Source of the DNA: a virus
Length of the DNA: 64,000 bases
Reading direction: 5' to 3' (one strand)
IMG/VR virus record: IMGVR_UViG_3300045988_109438
The notes under the pieces: generated by a model
The model's database searches: none
Told to the model about the DNA's origin: nothing
The model's input: the letters and a program-made list of their open reading frames with translations, nothing else
In this document: positions 62,147 through 64,000 of the stretch, piece by piece
Position numbering within the stretch: the stretch's first letter is position 1
Layout: each line of letters opens with the position of its first letter
Made by a program: the position numbers and the translations under genes

Positions 62147-63307
62147 GAACCGACATGCCAAAACCCAAAACTTAATTTGATGAATAAAATAGATTAACAA
62201 AAATACTATTCTAATTCTTTTATAATGTCTTTTACGATATTTAGCCTCACCTCCTTCGTTTCTGGACTAATACAGCCAAACCATCCATATATCCTCCATT
62301 CTTCTTCTGGTTCTGTAGCCATACTTTTCTTTTCCTCCAATTCCGGGAAATATGTTTTCACCAGTTCATCTAAATATAACCCATAAATGGATTCTATTTT
62401 TTTAGGAGTACTGAAAAACTTAAATACTATATTTCTCAACATGACGCATATATAATCCCCATTCTCTGACCTTTCGATCTCCTCATATACCTTTTTCCAA
62501 ATGAATAATCGCTCTTCTTTTGTAAACATATCTTTCTTTATTTTTATGGTATTATTTGACTGTATGCAGACTTTTCCATGTACACAACACTATGTTCCCG
62601 TCCAAGTATTTTCTTTGCTGCTTCTTTCTTTATCGCGCAATATCTCCCTGTACGATACGGATTCTTTTGATCTGATCCATCCTCGACTTCGATAATAAAA
62701 CAACCTCCGTCATCTATTATCTTTTTGCAATTGTCACATATTTCTCCCGTGCATATATGATGCGGCGCCTGCCCTTTGATGTTATTCCCTAATAAAGCAA
62801 TCCCCATCTCTTCACCGCATACTATGCATAGTTCTATGGATGGATTCAACCCATGCTCTGGATGCAATACAATACCATCTTTCATTTTCTATCCTCCTTT
62901 ATTAATTCTATTATAAACTTTTTACCTTGTTCCCACAATGGCAGCCCTTCTTTTACTGTGTATGCCACTGTTTCCCTCTCTCCTATTAATCGCACGGCAA
63001 TCTCTCTTGCTTTCAAGTCATCCTCCTCATGCGATTTGTTTATTAAATCATAGGCACATGATTCCACCTTTTGCCTTTCGATTATTATCGAACCCATTAA
63101 CTCGCTTATATGCGATCCTAAAAACGATAAGACATTAATAGCTTTCCCAATATCATTTGAAATAGCACTTGCTAAATACATCTTATCCATATACTCCGGC
63201 AAAGCCTCGTATGCCGTTTCTATGTTTTTATACTGATTTTCGTTTACCTCCCTTTTAATCAGTTCTTCAAATTCTTCTTTTAACATGTTCTTCCCTATTT
63301 TAATGTT

Positions 63308-63395
63308 GTGTGAGATCGCCGGAATCGAACCAGCCTACCGCACCATGAATCCCATAAAGCAAATGATCCGATCTTCGCAGACGGGGGCATTCTGT
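63308..63395 (-). ncRNA. tRNA-like GC-rich element #2: T-arm GCTGG-TTCGATT-CCGGC followed by GATCTCAC(ACA); 5' partner imperfect
   Basis: Intergenic; 12-nt identity GAATCGAACCAG (plus strand) with element #1. Confidence 0.3.
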
Positions 63396-63563
63396 CTAAA
63401 GCATAAGAAAATTAATGAAGAAATTTTTCTCACTTACACCATAGCATCTAAAATAGCTATCAGCACTATTTCTATGACAAACATAATAGAAAATATCTTA
63501 AATGCCTTTTTCATATCGCTATCTCCTCCTTTTTATTTTTTTTAGTTCCACAATAAACTGTTC

Positions 63564-63662
63564 CGGCTCTGCTCCGAACTACGTTCCACCTACAACCGCA
63601 GGCCTTAGCCCAAGGCGCCGCCTACTCCCCCTCTATGGCAGCCTGTTCGTACCTACAAAGCC
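63564..63662 (-). ncRNA. GC-rich structured element #3 (99 nt): 7-bp terminal helix GGCTTTG/CAGAGCC, U8-A9, D-arm-like GGTA/TGCC, conserved CATAGAGGGGGA block
   Basis: Intergenic/overlapping 3' end of 63622..63882; shares 12-nt TCCCCCTCTATG (plus strand) with element #1. Confidence 0.3.
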
Positions 63663-63882
63663 AGTCTCCATCTACACAACTAACACTACGCGATAATAAA
63701 CATTTATTCTTATAACAATCATTAAAAATACACCCCTCACAACTGTAATCCTTAACTTCTACACAGCTAACTACCTTAGCATATACTATACCATCACTAC
63801 CTTCTATTCCTTTCACCCCAAAAATAGAACCTTCTTCCTCCTTACTCAAATCTAAGTCAGGCGCAAAATCATATACGTTCAT
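63622..63882 (-). CDS. small Cys-rich protein with CEGCIFND motif (paralog of 37530..37739)
   Basis: Shared motif. Confidence 0.45.
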   Translation of the reverse strand: MNVYDFAPDLDLSKEEEGSIFGVKGIEGSDGIVYAKVVSCVEVKDYSCEGCIFNDCYKNKCLLSRSVSCVDGDWLCRYEQAAIEGE

Positions 63883-64000
63883 GTTGTTTATATTTTAATT
63901 GTTAAACATTTCACTTACTACCAGCCTATGGAATGATGTTTTAAAACGCTATCATACTTTATTTTGTTGGAAAACCTACAGAATACTGTTTTAAAACGCT

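Noticed and set aside
62050-63662. Calling elements #1-#3 as canonical tRNA genes with assigned anticodons
   Set aside because: The T-arm and terminal helices are convincing, but no 5+7+5 anticodon arm with U33 could be placed and 5' acceptor strands need bulges; reported as tRNA-like ncRNA candidates instead.
1-64000. CRISPR arrays, rRNA genes, integrase/TnpA partner for TnpB
   Set aside because: No regularly spaced direct repeats, no rRNA-like conserved stretches, and no Y1-HUH or serine/tyrosine recombinase motifs in any ORF of the window.
1-64000. Global stop-codon reassignment (TAG/TGA recoding as in some crAss-like phages)
   Set aside because: Multi-kb ORFs (3.8, 2.3, 6.4 kb) are intact under the standard code, so there is no evidence of recoding; the single in-frame TAA at 7553 is treated as a local anomaly.

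Overview
The window is best read as a segment of a large, AT-rich, tailed dsDNA phage, judging by AT content and gene content. It may be a Bacteroidota-type phage. No host genes are recognisable, and no capsid, terminase or integrase gene is visible in this window.

The layout has three parts:
- 1–23.3 kb, plus strand: a late or virion-type block of very large ORFs (a 5'-truncated gene of at least 1281 aa, a 752 aa gene and a 2140 aa giant protein with C-terminal hydrophobic helices), interleaved with small unusual proteins (a Gly/Cys/Gln-rich membrane protein, an RGG/Arg-Glu-rich protein).
- 11.4–16.4 kb: an accessory island bounded by rho-independent terminators. It holds a TnpB-like gene, a protein with a DUF2829 (Tad2-like, anti-Thoeris) C-terminal domain, and zinc-ribbon ORFs.
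- 23.9–64 kb, almost entirely minus strand: a densely packed early/replication module. Recognisable products are an SF2 DEAD/DEAH helicase, a Cas4-like PD-(D/E)XK nuclease, a DnaB-like helicase, a zinc-ribbon/TOPRIM-like primase, an HNH endonuclease, a MazG-like dNTP pyrophosphohydrolase, a KilA-N protein, a RecF-like ABC ATPase, a DUF1566-like protein and a small CCA-adding-enzyme-like nucleotidyltransferase.

The most unusual content is as follows:
- Three divergent stand-alone TnpB (IS605 OrfB) genes with intact RuvC D/E/D residues but degenerate zinc fingers; no TnpA is present.
- A flotillin (SPFH)–NfeD–acyl-carrier-protein operon embedded in the replication module.
- The Tad2-like fusion protein.
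- A tandem pair of paralogous genes next to the CCA-like nucleotidyltransferase.
- A family of GC-rich intergenic elements at 62–63.7 kb that carry a tRNA-like T-arm (GGTTCGATTC) and acceptor-like termini but do not fold into canonical cloverleaves by eye. These may be non-canonical phage tRNAs, pseudo-tRNAs or att-like relics.

Long ORFs are uninterrupted under the standard code. One in-frame TAA splits a Bro-N/KilAC-type antirepressor gene. No CRISPR array or rRNA was seen.
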